Assembly: GCA_903831045.1 (NCBI GenBank) | Contig: CAIKWG010000005.1 | Location: 7,743 to 71,742 of the forward strand | Reading direction: 5' to 3' | DNA: 64,000 nt | Source: an uncultured archaeon | GTDB lineage: Archaea; Nanobdellota; Nanobdellia; Pacearchaeales; GW2011-AR1 | Shown here: positions 20,410-28,845 of the stretch, piece after piece | How positions within the stretch are numbered: position 1 is the stretch's first letter | Layout: every line of letters starts with the position of its first letter | Notes under the pieces: model-generated | Seen by the model: only the letters and a program-made list of their open reading frames with translations | Database searches by the model: none | Told to the model about the DNA's origin: nothing | Translations under genes and position numbers: made by a program

Positions 20410-21282
20410 TTAAATTTTAATGTTTCCTTCTTGCCAGTCTCTTAATATTAAACGAGCAACCTGATCTCCATTAATTTCTCCACCTTTTATCAAAAATCCT
20501 CTTTTTCTACCGAGACTCTCTATAAGTTCATCACAGTCACCACCAGAGTCAATTCCATAATGTTTATCCAATATTCCGGGGTATCTCTCCATTATTCTAG
20601 CAACAACAACCTCGGGCTCCTTAACCTGGGAAAAGCTCTTTCCACCAAACATAGTATGATCTGCAATTATTTCTTTATTTGCAGAAGAATATTGTTCCGC
20701 AGGAATAACTCCTGGACTATCAATTAGAACAATTTCATTAGAAAGCCTAATCTTTTGCATCCCCTTAGTAAATCCTGCTTCGGCACCAACACCCGCAGCA
20801 CTTTTTCCAGCAAGTAGATTTAACAAAGAACTTTTTCCAGTATTAGGATAACCAATAACACCAACCTTAATCTTTCCTTCTTCCGCAATAACAATTTGGT
20901 CTCTCTTAATTTCTCTTTTCTCTCTTTTTTCAACTTCATTAGCAACACGTTTAATTAAATCTCTTAAATCCTTAATTCCTCTACGTTTAGTGCATGAAAC
21001 AAAAACAAAGGGATAAAACTCTTCTTTCACCTTTTTTTCCATTTTAGTGCCAATTAAATCAGCTTTATTAAAAACATAGATAATTTTCTTCTTCTGCTTT
21101 AGAATTTCTTCTTCAAGCTCAACATTTCTAGTCTCTTCGGGAAAACGTGCATCAAGAATTTCTAGAATTACATCTGATATATCAATGATTTTACGTGCAA
21201 CAGAAGGATATTTTTGCCTCTGCCTACAGATATTATCAATCTTTCTTGTTCTACGTGATGAAAAGCTATAACGAAGTTTCAT
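20410..21282 (-). CDS. YlqF/RbgA-family circularly permuted GTPase
   Basis: DAR-P, then NKAD, GYPNTGKSS and DSPG in permuted order. Confidence 0.92.
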   Translation of the reverse strand: MKLRYSFSSRRTRKIDNICRQRQKYPSVARKIIDISDVILEILDARFPEETRNVELEEEILKQKKKIIYVFNKADLIGTKMEKKVKEEFYPFVFVSCTKRRGIKDLRDLIKRVANEVEKREKREIKRDQIVIAEEGKIKVGVIGYPNTGKSSLLNLLAGKSAAGVGAEAGFTKGMQKIRLSNEIVLIDSPGVIPAEQYSSANKEIIADHTMFGGKSFSQVKEPEVVVARIMERYPGILDKHYGIDSGGDCDELIESLGRKRGFLIKGGEINGDQVARLILRDWQEGNIKI

Positions 21283-21329
21283 AAAAAAACAAGGAATTTT
21301 GGGTTTTTAGAGTTTAGCATGAAGCTTTT

Positions 21330-21560
21330 TTAGTAAAATCTCTTCTTAACTTTCAAAGGTTTGACTTCACGTTCAACCTCAGATTTATCAATCTCTTCAA
21401 AATGCATCAAGCTGTAAGTAGGAAAGTTTAATCTTTCTCCATCAGAATCAGCAACCTTAAGTTTATCTTTAGAAACATCAATAATTTTACATTTATAATC
21501 AAGCTCACGTCCAGCCACTTTCATCTTCAAGAGGTAATATTTTCCCTTTTCTATTTTCAT
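21330..21560 (-). CDS. Small hypothetical beta-rich protein
   Basis: 76-aa ORF with 4-nt overlap to the upstream gene. Confidence 0.6.
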   Translation of the reverse strand: MKIEKGKYYLLKMKVAGRELDYKCKIIDVSKDKLKVADSDGERLNFPTYSLMHFEEIDKSEVEREVKPLKVKKRFY

Positions 21561-22423
21561 TTAAATTTCTTATTTTCCTTTGCTAGGAGAGTTTCAAGTT
21601 GTTTTCTATCACTCTCTATCTTTCTCTCAACAGCCACAATCTCTTTTTTTCCCCTTAATAATTCTAGATTATCCTTAGCATGCCTAAATTCTTTCTTTGC
21701 CTTACTTAATTCTCTTTCATAATGTGCTTCAATTCCTCTTGAATATGGACTTAATCCCCCGCTAGATTTTCTTCCAAGGAATAGAAATACAACAATTCCC
21801 ACAAGAACAACAGCTCCGATAATATACCAAAGAGTATTATTACTATCTCCTGTTGAAGCATCAGTAATATCCCCATTAATTAGAGATTCATTAAGTTGAC
21901 TTTTCTTAACTTTTTTAACAGGAACTATATTTGAATCATTTGTATTATTAGCAGTTGAATTAATAGTTAAATTAGCACTAAGATTTGAACTATTAGAAGT
22001 TGTTAGATTTGTTAAATTAGTTAGAGTAGTATTCACAACGGGCTCAGGATAATAAATAATAGTAGGAGTTTCCAATAAATTCGCGCCAACAGGAGCCACA
22101 GTCACATTAACATCAGTACCAGTTAAAAAAGCAGTCTCCATCTTTTGACGGTAGGTTGTAACTCCTGCATCATCTTTTAATGTAAAAAACAGACTGAATT
22201 GATTTGTTGTAATATTTTCAAGAATAATAACTAAATCCCCATACTCATCGGAACTGTAAAATTGTGGAGGAGTAATTGCATTAAATCCATCTCCAACTAG
22301 AATGGGAGTCATATAAAAATCCTGTCTAGGCAGAGTTTTAACATGAACTGTTGTTGAAGCAGAAATTAGACTAACAAATAGAATCAATCCAAAAAATAAC
22401 ACCATTAACTTTCCCCTCTTCAT
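21557..22423 (-). CDS. Secreted single-TM protein with Asn/Thr/Ser-rich (N-sequon rich) stalk
   Basis: Signal peptide, many NxT/S sequons, TM and coiled tail. Confidence 0.7.
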   Translation of the reverse strand: MKRGKLMVLFFGLILFVSLISASTTVHVKTLPRQDFYMTPILVGDGFNAITPPQFYSSDEYGDLVIILENITTNQFSLFFTLKDDAGVTTYRQKMETAFLTGTDVNVTVAPVGANLLETPTIIYYPEPVVNTTLTNLTNLTTSNSSNLSANLTINSTANNTNDSNIVPVKKVKKSQLNESLINGDITDASTGDSNNTLWYIIGAVVLVGIVVFLFLGRKSSGGLSPYSRGIEAHYERELSKAKKEFRHAKDNLELLRGKKEIVAVERKIESDRKQLETLLAKENKKFK

Positions 22424-22492
22424 GGAGAAATCAGTTTTTCATAATTTATAAAGATTTTTATATTGAAAACTCCTTTTTCAAGAAGAAAAAAT

Positions 22493-23086
22493 ATGTACAG
22501 TTCAATTGTATTCTATAGTTTTGTAGTATTATTTGCTCTAGTTTTAGGTTCATCTTTTGTTCCAATTCCAGGGGTTGGAGCATTAATAACTGGATATGGG
22601 GCACTAAGTCCAACATTTTCTAATCTTCTAGGTCTAATAATTCTAATTTTTAGTGGAATGATTATCGGGGATATAGCAACTTTCTTCCTAGCAAGAAAAA
22701 TTTCAAAAAGAACAAAAAAATTTCTAAGAAAATTTAAATGGTATTACCAAAATGAAAAACAGATAAAAAAATCTCTAAATAAGAATACCTTTAAATGGGT
22801 TTTTTTAAGCAGATTTATTCTTATAGGAGCATGCCCAGTTACAAATTATCTCTGCGGATTTGAGGGAATCAAGTTTAGAAAATTCATTCTACCTGCAATT
22901 CTTGGAGCAATGGTTTATTCTCTTGAATACACACTTCTAGGATTCATTTTCAGAGAAACATGGAATAAGCTTCTAACAATAGTTCATTCGTCCGTATTAA
23001 TTGCGGTTATTGTAATGGCCCTGTCATTTTTTATTGCTCATAGAATACAAAAGCATAGAAGAAAAAAGAATAAAAATAAAAAATAA
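22493..23086 (+). CDS. DedA-family membrane protein
   Basis: 'PIPG', 'G.IIGD' and 'FLSRF' motifs. Confidence 0.8.
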   Translation: MYSSIVFYSFVVLFALVLGSSFVPIPGVGALITGYGALSPTFSNLLGLIILIFSGMIIGDIATFFLARKISKRTKKFLRKFKWYYQNEKQIKKSLNKNTFKWVFLSRFILIGACPVTNYLCGFEGIKFRKFILPAILGAMVYSLEYTLLGFIFRETWNKLLTIVHSSVLIAVIVMALSFFIAHRIQKHRRKKNKNKK

Positions 23087-23099
23087 ATGAATTTATCTT

Positions 23100-23792
23100 T
23101 TAATTATCTTTTCTCTTTCGAAACATCCACGGAAAACTGAGATGAAGAATACTTCTAAGCTCACCTTTATAGAAATACAAAGCCAAAACAGTAACAAGAG
23201 TTATACCGACAATTGAAATATAAACTTCAAGCGTATTTGAATAAAGAACACCTTTTGCCAGAAGAACTAAAAAAATAGTATTTGGAAGATTCCCCAAGAA
23301 AGTTGCAATTGAATAATTTTTAAGATTAATCTTCATGATTCCCCCCAGGAAGTTAGGAATTAGTGGAGGAACAATAAATGCTGCACTTAGAATAAAAATT
23401 GTTTTAAAATTATTTTTTTCTACTATTTCATCAAACTTCTCTAATTTTCCCCCACGCTTTTCAAGATATTTTTTAACATAATCCCGCCCCAATTTTTCTG
23501 CAATGAGGTAATGAAAAATTGCAGCCACCATTATTCCAATCATTGCACAGATAATCACGATTCCAAGAGGAAAAAATAAAATTCCTGCAAAGACCATGGC
23601 AGTAACTGAAAAAGAAAAAGAGATTAAAAGTATAAATAAAAGAACATAAACTAGAATAGCCAAAAGATAATTGGAAGAAACTACTTTTTCAAGAGAAGAA
23701 AGATTAAATCCAAAATATCCAGAAAACAAGGCCATGAATAAAGAGATTAGAAGAAATACTAGAAATAAACTAAATTTCTTTTTACTGTTCAT
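23100..23792 (-). CDS. TVP38/TMEM64 (VTT/DedA superfamily) membrane protein
   Basis: 'KLGRDYV' and 'YSIATFLGNLP' motifs; multiple TMs. Confidence 0.78.
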   Translation of the reverse strand: MNSKKKFSLFLVFLLISLFMALFSGYFGFNLSSLEKVVSSNYLLAILVYVLLFILLISFSFSVTAMVFAGILFFPLGIVIICAMIGIMVAAIFHYLIAEKLGRDYVKKYLEKRGGKLEKFDEIVEKNNFKTIFILSAAFIVPPLIPNFLGGIMKINLKNYSIATFLGNLPNTIFLVLLAKGVLYSNTLEVYISIVGITLVTVLALYFYKGELRSILHLSFPWMFRKRKDN

Positions 23793-24099
23793 TATATTTC
23801 CTAACAAAACTTTCGTTCTTTAGGTTAATTAAATAACTTTTCTGAAAGTTATCTTTTTTTAATTGAACCTGAACAAAGGTTTCATTCCCCTCTGTAAGAA
23901 CATTTCCAAAAATAATTTCATAACCCGCAGTATCAATGCTTTTATTTAAAATTTCAACAATCTTCTGCCTTTCTAGTTCACTGGTCGGCCTTAGGTCTTG
24001 TTTAATATTTTGAAATTGATAAATTCTGTAAGCAAGAGTAGCCATTAAAAAGAGAATTAATACAAGAAGAACAAGTTTGATAATTAGAGATTTCTTCAT
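23782..24099 (-). CDS. Small membrane-anchored hypothetical protein
   Basis: N-terminal TM; within the ABC operon. Confidence 0.6.
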   Translation of the reverse strand: MKKSLIIKLVLLVLILFLMATLAYRIYQFQNIKQDLRPTSELERQKIVEILNKSIDTAGYEIIFGNVLTEGNETFVQVQLKKDNFQKSYLINLKNESFVRKYNEQ

Positions 24100-24129
24100 A
24101 TCAAAGATAATACTTTTATCATTAAAAAT

Positions 24130-25377
24130 CTATTCATATCTTAATGCATCTACTGGTTTTAATTTTGAAGCCCTATATGCAGGAATAGCCCCAGCAATCA
24201 TTCCAATGATAATAGAAAATGATAAAGCAGTAATCAATAATCCTGGAGTTATTGCAGTAGAGCCAAACATTCTAGAAATGCCTCCAGAAGTTCCAGACAC
24301 CATTGAACCAATCAAACCAGATGCAAAGACTCCAAGAATTATTCCTCCAATTCCCCCAACTAAACCTATAAGTCCAGAGTTAATTAAAAAAATAGTTAAA
24401 ATATCTTTGTTTCTCGCACCAATTGCTTTCATAATTCCTATTTCTTTTGTTTTTTCCAAAACAGAAGTGAACATAGTATTTGCAATACCAATGGCCCCAA
24501 CAAGAAGAGAGATAGCTGCAATAGCTCCAAGAAAAAGAGACATGCTATCAATAGTACTTTGCATAGTGGCTTGCATTGTTGCAGGATTGCTAACGGTAAA
24601 ATCTTTTTCTGTTTCTTTTAATATTCCTCGTGCCATCATTAATTTTTTTGTTATATTGCTCACAGTTTCATCCGCAAGTCCGACATCTTTAATCTTAACC
24701 GAAATAGAATCAAATTCTTCTGCACCAATATCATCAAAAACATTTCTTGCAGTTTGAATAGGCATATAAACACTATTACCATCCGTTAAAATACCAACAA
24801 CTTTGAATGTTTTTCCCTCAATAGTAACCTTAGAATTAAGAGGAATATCATCAAAGGTAGAACTTGCTAATCTATCCCCGATTACAATTGAATAACTATC
24901 CCCATTGGTTAACATTCTCCCAGAAGCCAATTCTTCTGTGGTAATATCTTTCCAAATAGTTTCATCCACCCCAGAAACACTGACCGTAGCTGTTTTGGTT
25001 AAATAGGTTAAGTCCCCCCTAGAAGAAACACCCCCCATAACATATTTTACATTATTAATATTTCTGAGAACAACTAAATCTCTTGCAGTCAAATTTTTTG
25101 ATTCTGAATTAGAAGAAGTGTCTTCTCTTCCAAAAGGACCTCCCTCATCAAAACCAAAATTCCCTGCGGCCCTAGAAAATCCAGGAGAAATTGTAAGAAT
25201 ATCTGCACCTAAATTTCCAAGTCTATCCTCCAATTGTTGTTTTGCCCCAATACTAATTGAGACAATTGAAACAATCGCAGCAATACCAATTATAATACCA
25301 ATAATTGTAAGCCAACTTCGAAGCTTGCTGTGTATTAAAATATTTAAGGCCAGCTGAAATGATTTTTTTAATCTCAT
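24130..25377 (-). CDS. MacB/FtsX-type ABC permease
   Basis: RSWLTIIGIIIGI, GIANTM..SV.E.TKEIG.MKAIGA and PAYRASKLKPVDALRYE. Confidence 0.93.
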   Translation of the reverse strand: MRLKKSFQLALNILIHSKLRSWLTIIGIIIGIAAIVSIVSISIGAKQQLEDRLGNLGADILTISPGFSRAAGNFGFDEGGPFGREDTSSNSESKNLTARDLVVLRNINNVKYVMGGVSSRGDLTYLTKTATVSVSGVDETIWKDITTEELASGRMLTNGDSYSIVIGDRLASSTFDDIPLNSKVTIEGKTFKVVGILTDGNSVYMPIQTARNVFDDIGAEEFDSISVKIKDVGLADETVSNITKKLMMARGILKETEKDFTVSNPATMQATMQSTIDSMSLFLGAIAAISLLVGAIGIANTMFTSVLEKTKEIGIMKAIGARNKDILTIFLINSGLIGLVGGIGGIILGVFASGLIGSMVSGTSGGISRMFGSTAITPGLLITALSFSIIIGMIAGAIPAYRASKLKPVDALRYE

Positions 25378-26390
25378 CTTCTTGGAAGAGCATGTCCTTC
25401 CTTCTCTTTTACTTTCTTAATCCAATCTGGAATTTCAGAAGTTTTGTTTTTTACATCTTTTTTAGAATCCTTAAATTTTTTTAAAATATGCCTTTTATTA
25501 CCAAAATATTTAAAATAAACAAAAAGTGCAGCAGAAATTAAAATTAATATTCCAGCAATAATATATGGCCAAGTTGCAGCTTTTTTCTTACCTGGAAAAT
25601 TTCTAGTAAAATTAGCGGGCATACCAGTTGCAGAGACATTTGCAGAACCGAGAGATTGAGAATTGAAACTTATTTCTTTTAAAACACTTCTCCTCTCTCC
25701 AATACTATCTGTATAATCTATTTGCACGATTAAAGGAGCAGTACTTCTACCAACCTGAACTAAACTAAAACTAACAAGACTATAATCTCCTGCATCAAGA
25801 TTTCCTACCATCTGACCATTTGTTCCAGTAACTCTAAATGAATCCTGCTGAGGAATTCTAACAATCATAGAATTTGCTGTGTTTTTGCCAATATTTGCAA
25901 TTGCCAGAGAAACATCTGAGGTAGTAGAATCCTGAACAACCAAATCAAAATATGTTTGAGCATTTGCAACATTAATATTCATCGGATAAAAAGCTCCAGA
26001 ATCAGAAAGCTTACTAGTACTAATTTTTAATCTTAGAGGATTTTCAGCTTCAACTGCATTTTTATCTACTCTAACTTTATAATGAAGAATTACATCTCCT
26101 GCAAAATTTTCATATTCTATTAATGCTTGAGAAGAATCATCTAAACTAAAAGGGAATTCACTTAATAATTCAAACTTTGCGTATTTTACAGAAGTTCCAA
26201 TGTTAACTTTAATCCAAACATCAAAGTATTCTCCTGGATTGACAGGATAAGGCTCATACTTCAAAGAAGAAACCTGTATACCCTCAGATTGATAATTAAC
26301 AGAATAGTTCAATTCCTGAGCAGAAATAAAATTTAGTGAAGAAAAAATTACAACAACAGCCAACATTAAAAATAGAAATGTTTTTTTCAT
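25374..26390 (-). CDS. COG1361-like S-layer-domain protein
   Basis: 'YEPYPVNPGE', Ig-like strands and C-terminal TM; in the MacB-type operon. Confidence 0.7.
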   Translation of the reverse strand: MKKTFLFLMLAVVVIFSSLNFISAQELNYSVNYQSEGIQVSSLKYEPYPVNPGEYFDVWIKVNIGTSVKYAKFELLSEFPFSLDDSSQALIEYENFAGDVILHYKVRVDKNAVEAENPLRLKISTSKLSDSGAFYPMNINVANAQTYFDLVVQDSTTSDVSLAIANIGKNTANSMIVRIPQQDSFRVTGTNGQMVGNLDAGDYSLVSFSLVQVGRSTAPLIVQIDYTDSIGERRSVLKEISFNSQSLGSANVSATGMPANFTRNFPGKKKAATWPYIIAGILILISAALFVYFKYFGNKRHILKKFKDSKKDVKNKTSEIPDWIKKVKEKEGHALPRR

Positions 26391-26439
26391 ATTGAAGCTA
26401 AAAGAAAATCCTTTTTAAATAAAATGGAACTTAAATCCA

Positions 26440-27135
26440 TTATTTTGACAACCTCTGTTTAATTTTTCCATCAAGAATATGAACAGTTCTCTTAGCATAT
26501 TTAACAAGATTTAAATCATGAGTAATAAGAATAATTGTTTTTCCTTCCTTGTTTAATCTTCCTAAAAAGTCTATCACAAATTTTCCAGTATGACTATCCA
26601 AATTCCCAGTTGGTTCATCTGCTAATATAACTTCTGGGTTATTGGCTAAAGCTCGTGCAATTGCTACTCTTTGTTGTTGCCCTCCAGAAAGTTCATTAGG
26701 CTTGTGATGAAGTCTATCCCCCAGACCAAGAGCAATTAAAATATCCGTAGCAGTTTTTCTTGCATCATTCTCTGGAACATCAATGATTTCCATAGGCAAC
26801 ATTACATTTTGTAAGGCAGTTAAAGTTGGTAGTAAATTAAATTGTTGAAAAATAAATCCGATTGTTTTTCCTCTCAAATATGCCAAATCAGATTCATTCA
26901 TCTTGGAAATATCCTTTCCATCCAAATAAACGTAGCCAAAAGAAGGAAGATCCAGTGTACCAACAACATTCATGAGTGTAGATTTACCACTCCCGCTTGG
27001 ACCAGTTATAGCGATGAATTCTCCTTTTTTTATTTTAAGGTTAATATCCCTTAAAACGACTAGAGGATCATTTTTTTTCATATCATACTTCCTCCAAACA
27101 TCTGCTATAGAAATAACACAAGTATCTTTTTTCAT
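26440..27135 (-). CDS. ABC ATPase (MacB/LolD type)
   Basis: [25 protein letters not shown] and ITHD motifs. Confidence 0.95.
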   Translation of the reverse strand: MKKDTCVISIADVWRKYDMKKNDPLVVLRDINLKIKKGEFIAITGPSGSGKSTLMNVVGTLDLPSFGYVYLDGKDISKMNESDLAYLRGKTIGFIFQQFNLLPTLTALQNVMLPMEIIDVPENDARKTATDILIALGLGDRLHHKPNELSGGQQQRVAIARALANNPEVILADEPTGNLDSHTGKFVIDFLGRLNKEGKTIILITHDLNLVKYAKRTVHILDGKIKQRLSK

Positions 27136-27225
27136 CTTATTCTATATCCAGGAGATTTTTAATATATAAATAAAATGGACCTAAAATCCATAAATGTTTA
27201 AATAGCATTATCTTTCTATTTTTAT

Positions 27226-27900
27226 ATGTCAAGAATTCCAGAAATGATGGGAATGATGGGTTTTGGAGCGGAGATAATCTATGCATTCGTGATTATAATT
27301 TGCTGTCTAATGATTTATCTAGGAACAAAAGAACTTTACAAATTAAGTGCACATGAAGGAATAAAATATTTTAGAATTTCTTTTTTATTATTTGCTCTAG
27401 CTTTTTTCTTTAGGTCATTTATTAAACTAGCTTTTTTAATAGTAAAAGATCCAAGAATATTTATTCTACCTCCAGATATATTCCAATCATTAACTACTAT
27501 CCTATTCATTTACTTTAGTACAATCGCTATATTTTATTTAATTTATAGCATGCTTTGGAAAAAGCTTAGAAAATTCCCAAGAGCAATTTATCTCATGCAT
27601 TTGCTTGCATTCATAACCGCATTAATAATTATACTTTCCAAAAATATTTTAGTGTATTTTTTCATTAACATTGCTCTACTTTTATTTATCATCATTACAA
27701 TAACTATAATTCATAGAAATGAAAAGAAAAATCTATTAAAAGTTATTTATGTTTTATTATCAATCTTCTTATTTTTGAATATAATTGATATTCTTATACC
27801 AAAATTTTTAGAAGTATTTCAATTATTAATTTATTTAGCTTCGATAAGCATATTTTTATGGATTTTACATAAAGTTTTGACCAAGGCAGGTTCTAATTAA
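27226..27900 (+). CDS. 7-TM membrane protein, putative sensor
   Basis: About 7 hydrophobic helices; paired with a wHTH gene and divergent from the ABC operon. Confidence 0.6.
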   Translation: MSRIPEMMGMMGFGAEIIYAFVIIICCLMIYLGTKELYKLSAHEGIKYFRISFLLFALAFFFRSFIKLAFLIVKDPRIFILPPDIFQSLTTILFIYFSTIAIFYLIYSMLWKKLRKFPRAIYLMHLLAFITALIIILSKNILVYFFINIALLLFIIITITIIHRNEKKNLLKVIYVLLSIFLFLNIIDILIPKFLEVFQLLIYLASISIFLWILHKVLTKAGSN

Positions 27901-27901
27901 A

Positions 27902-28159
27902 ATGCAAAAAAGAAGTAGATTAGAAATAATAAGGGATATTTTAAAAATCATTCAAGAAAATCACAATTCAATAAAAATAACTCCCCTTATACGAAAATCA
28001 AATTTATCCTCCCAAAGATTTTTAGAATATTTTAATGATTTAGAGAAGAAAGCATTTGTAGTAAGAACAATTAACCATGTTAAAATAACTGAAAAGGGAT
28101 TTAAGTATCTTGAAAAATACAAAAATATAATTGAATTTGTAGAAGAATTCGATTTGTAA
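27902..28159 (+). CDS. Winged-HTH transcriptional regulator (COG3432-like)
   Basis: KRSRLEIIRDIL...SNLS...ITEKG..YL. Confidence 0.85.
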   Translation: MQKRSRLEIIRDILKIIQENHNSIKITPLIRKSNLSSQRFLEYFNDLEKKAFVVRTINHVKITEKGFKYLEKYKNIIEFVEEFDL

Positions 28160-28166
28160 AAGAAAC

Positions 28167-28177
28167 ACGCCCCTGCC
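28167..28177 (-). repeat. Duplicate of the tRNA-Glu 3' end (att-like scar)
   Basis: acgcccctgcc at 28167-28177 equals 28265-28275. Confidence 0.55.
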
Positions 28178-28265
28178 TATTCGACCCCGCACTTCACTTA
28201 TAAAAAATTTCTTCCATGCAAAGTCTCAATTTGAACTTTCCTCATTCAAATCTTAAAATAAGGAA

Positions 28266-28454
28266 CGCCCCTGCCGAGATTTGAACTCGGGTTACTGCCG
28301 TTCTCCAAGTGCAGAAATCTCTGCATTCAGATTATTTGAATCTTTAATTCGAAAGAGTGGTTTGTGTTGAGACACTAGACCTGATACTCTCATCGAGTGT
28401 GGATCACCCCTCCTTATGAGAGGGCAGCGTACTTGGCCACTATACTACGGGGGC
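28266..28454 (-). tRNA. tRNA-Glu(CUC) with 116-nt intron at 37/38 (intron 28301-28416)
   Basis: GCCCCCGTAGTATAGTGGCCAAGTACGCTGCC-CT-CTC-A|intron|C-GGCAGTAACCCGAGTTCAAATCTCGGCAGGGGCG. Strict BHB: CTCT/GGAG helix, bulges CA|T and AA|C, outer AAG/CTT. C6:A67 mismatch. Confidence 0.93.
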
Positions 28455-28464
28455 CTCAATATTT

Positions 28465-28552
28465 GCCCAGTAGTATGAACTAACCGTTCCGAAAAGGAGG
28501 TTGAGCTTCAAGGAAACTTGGTTCCTTACAGTATACTACGGGGGCTCAATAT
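28465..28552 (-). repeat. Structured tRNA 5'-leader element with direct and inverted copies of the tRNA 5' end
   Basis: tatactacgggggc at 28532-28545 equals 28441-28454, both followed by (c)tcaatat; inverted near-copy gcccagtagtat at 28465-28476. Confidence 0.75.
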
Positions 28553-28590
28553 ACATTTAAATCAGAACACAGAACTTAAAAAACTATTGT

Positions 28591-28845
28591 TTAGGATGCA
28601 CCTGTAGTCCTAACTGGAGGAGGAGTGGGAGGGGGAGTTGGTGCAGGAACAACAGTTTTATTTGGAACCACGCTAGAATTTTTTGTTAGATTCTGTTGTT
28701 CTACCTTTGGCTTTTCAGAAGAATTAACACTAGCTTGAGAATTATTATCAACCTTAGATTTTGAGGTTAAACCAAATCCTAGAATACCAACTAGCAAAAT
28801 AACAAATAATACCAAAGCAATTGCAGTTAGTAATTTAGTTTTCAT
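28591..28845 (-). CDS. Membrane-anchored Pro-rich peptide ending in a putative flavinylation motif TGAS
   Basis: N-terminal TM, flexible linker and C-terminal RTTGAS matching [S/T]GA[S/T]; in an operon with apbE. Confidence 0.7.
   Translation of the reverse strand: MKTKLLTAIALVLFVILLVGILGFGLTSKSKVDNNSQASVNSSEKPKVEQQNLTKNSSVVPNKTVVPAPTPPPTPPPVRTTGAS

Noticed and set aside
24077-24757. Long antisense ORFs (also 624-923, 15058-15570, 52097-52663, 55929-56459, 58669-59043)
   Set aside because: Shadows of well-supported genes on the opposite strand, with no motifs.
28301-28416. C/D-box sRNA in the intron (as in tRNA-Trp)
   Set aside because: Only one CUGA and a partial GAUGA, both within hairpins; no proper C/D'/C'/D layout.
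28400-28416. 16S rRNA gene fragment
   Set aside because: The match is limited to about 15 nt inside a tRNA intron; the flanks are not rRNA.
28465-28545. Hammerhead ribozyme in the tRNA leader (three helices, CUG...GAA...UC)
   Set aside because: The core reads CUGUAAG rather than CUGANGA, and GAA is likely paired; resemblance only.
28441-28545. 91-nt segment as a second BHB intron in the D-arm
   Set aside because: No bulge-helix-bulge can be drawn at any register that restores the tRNA.
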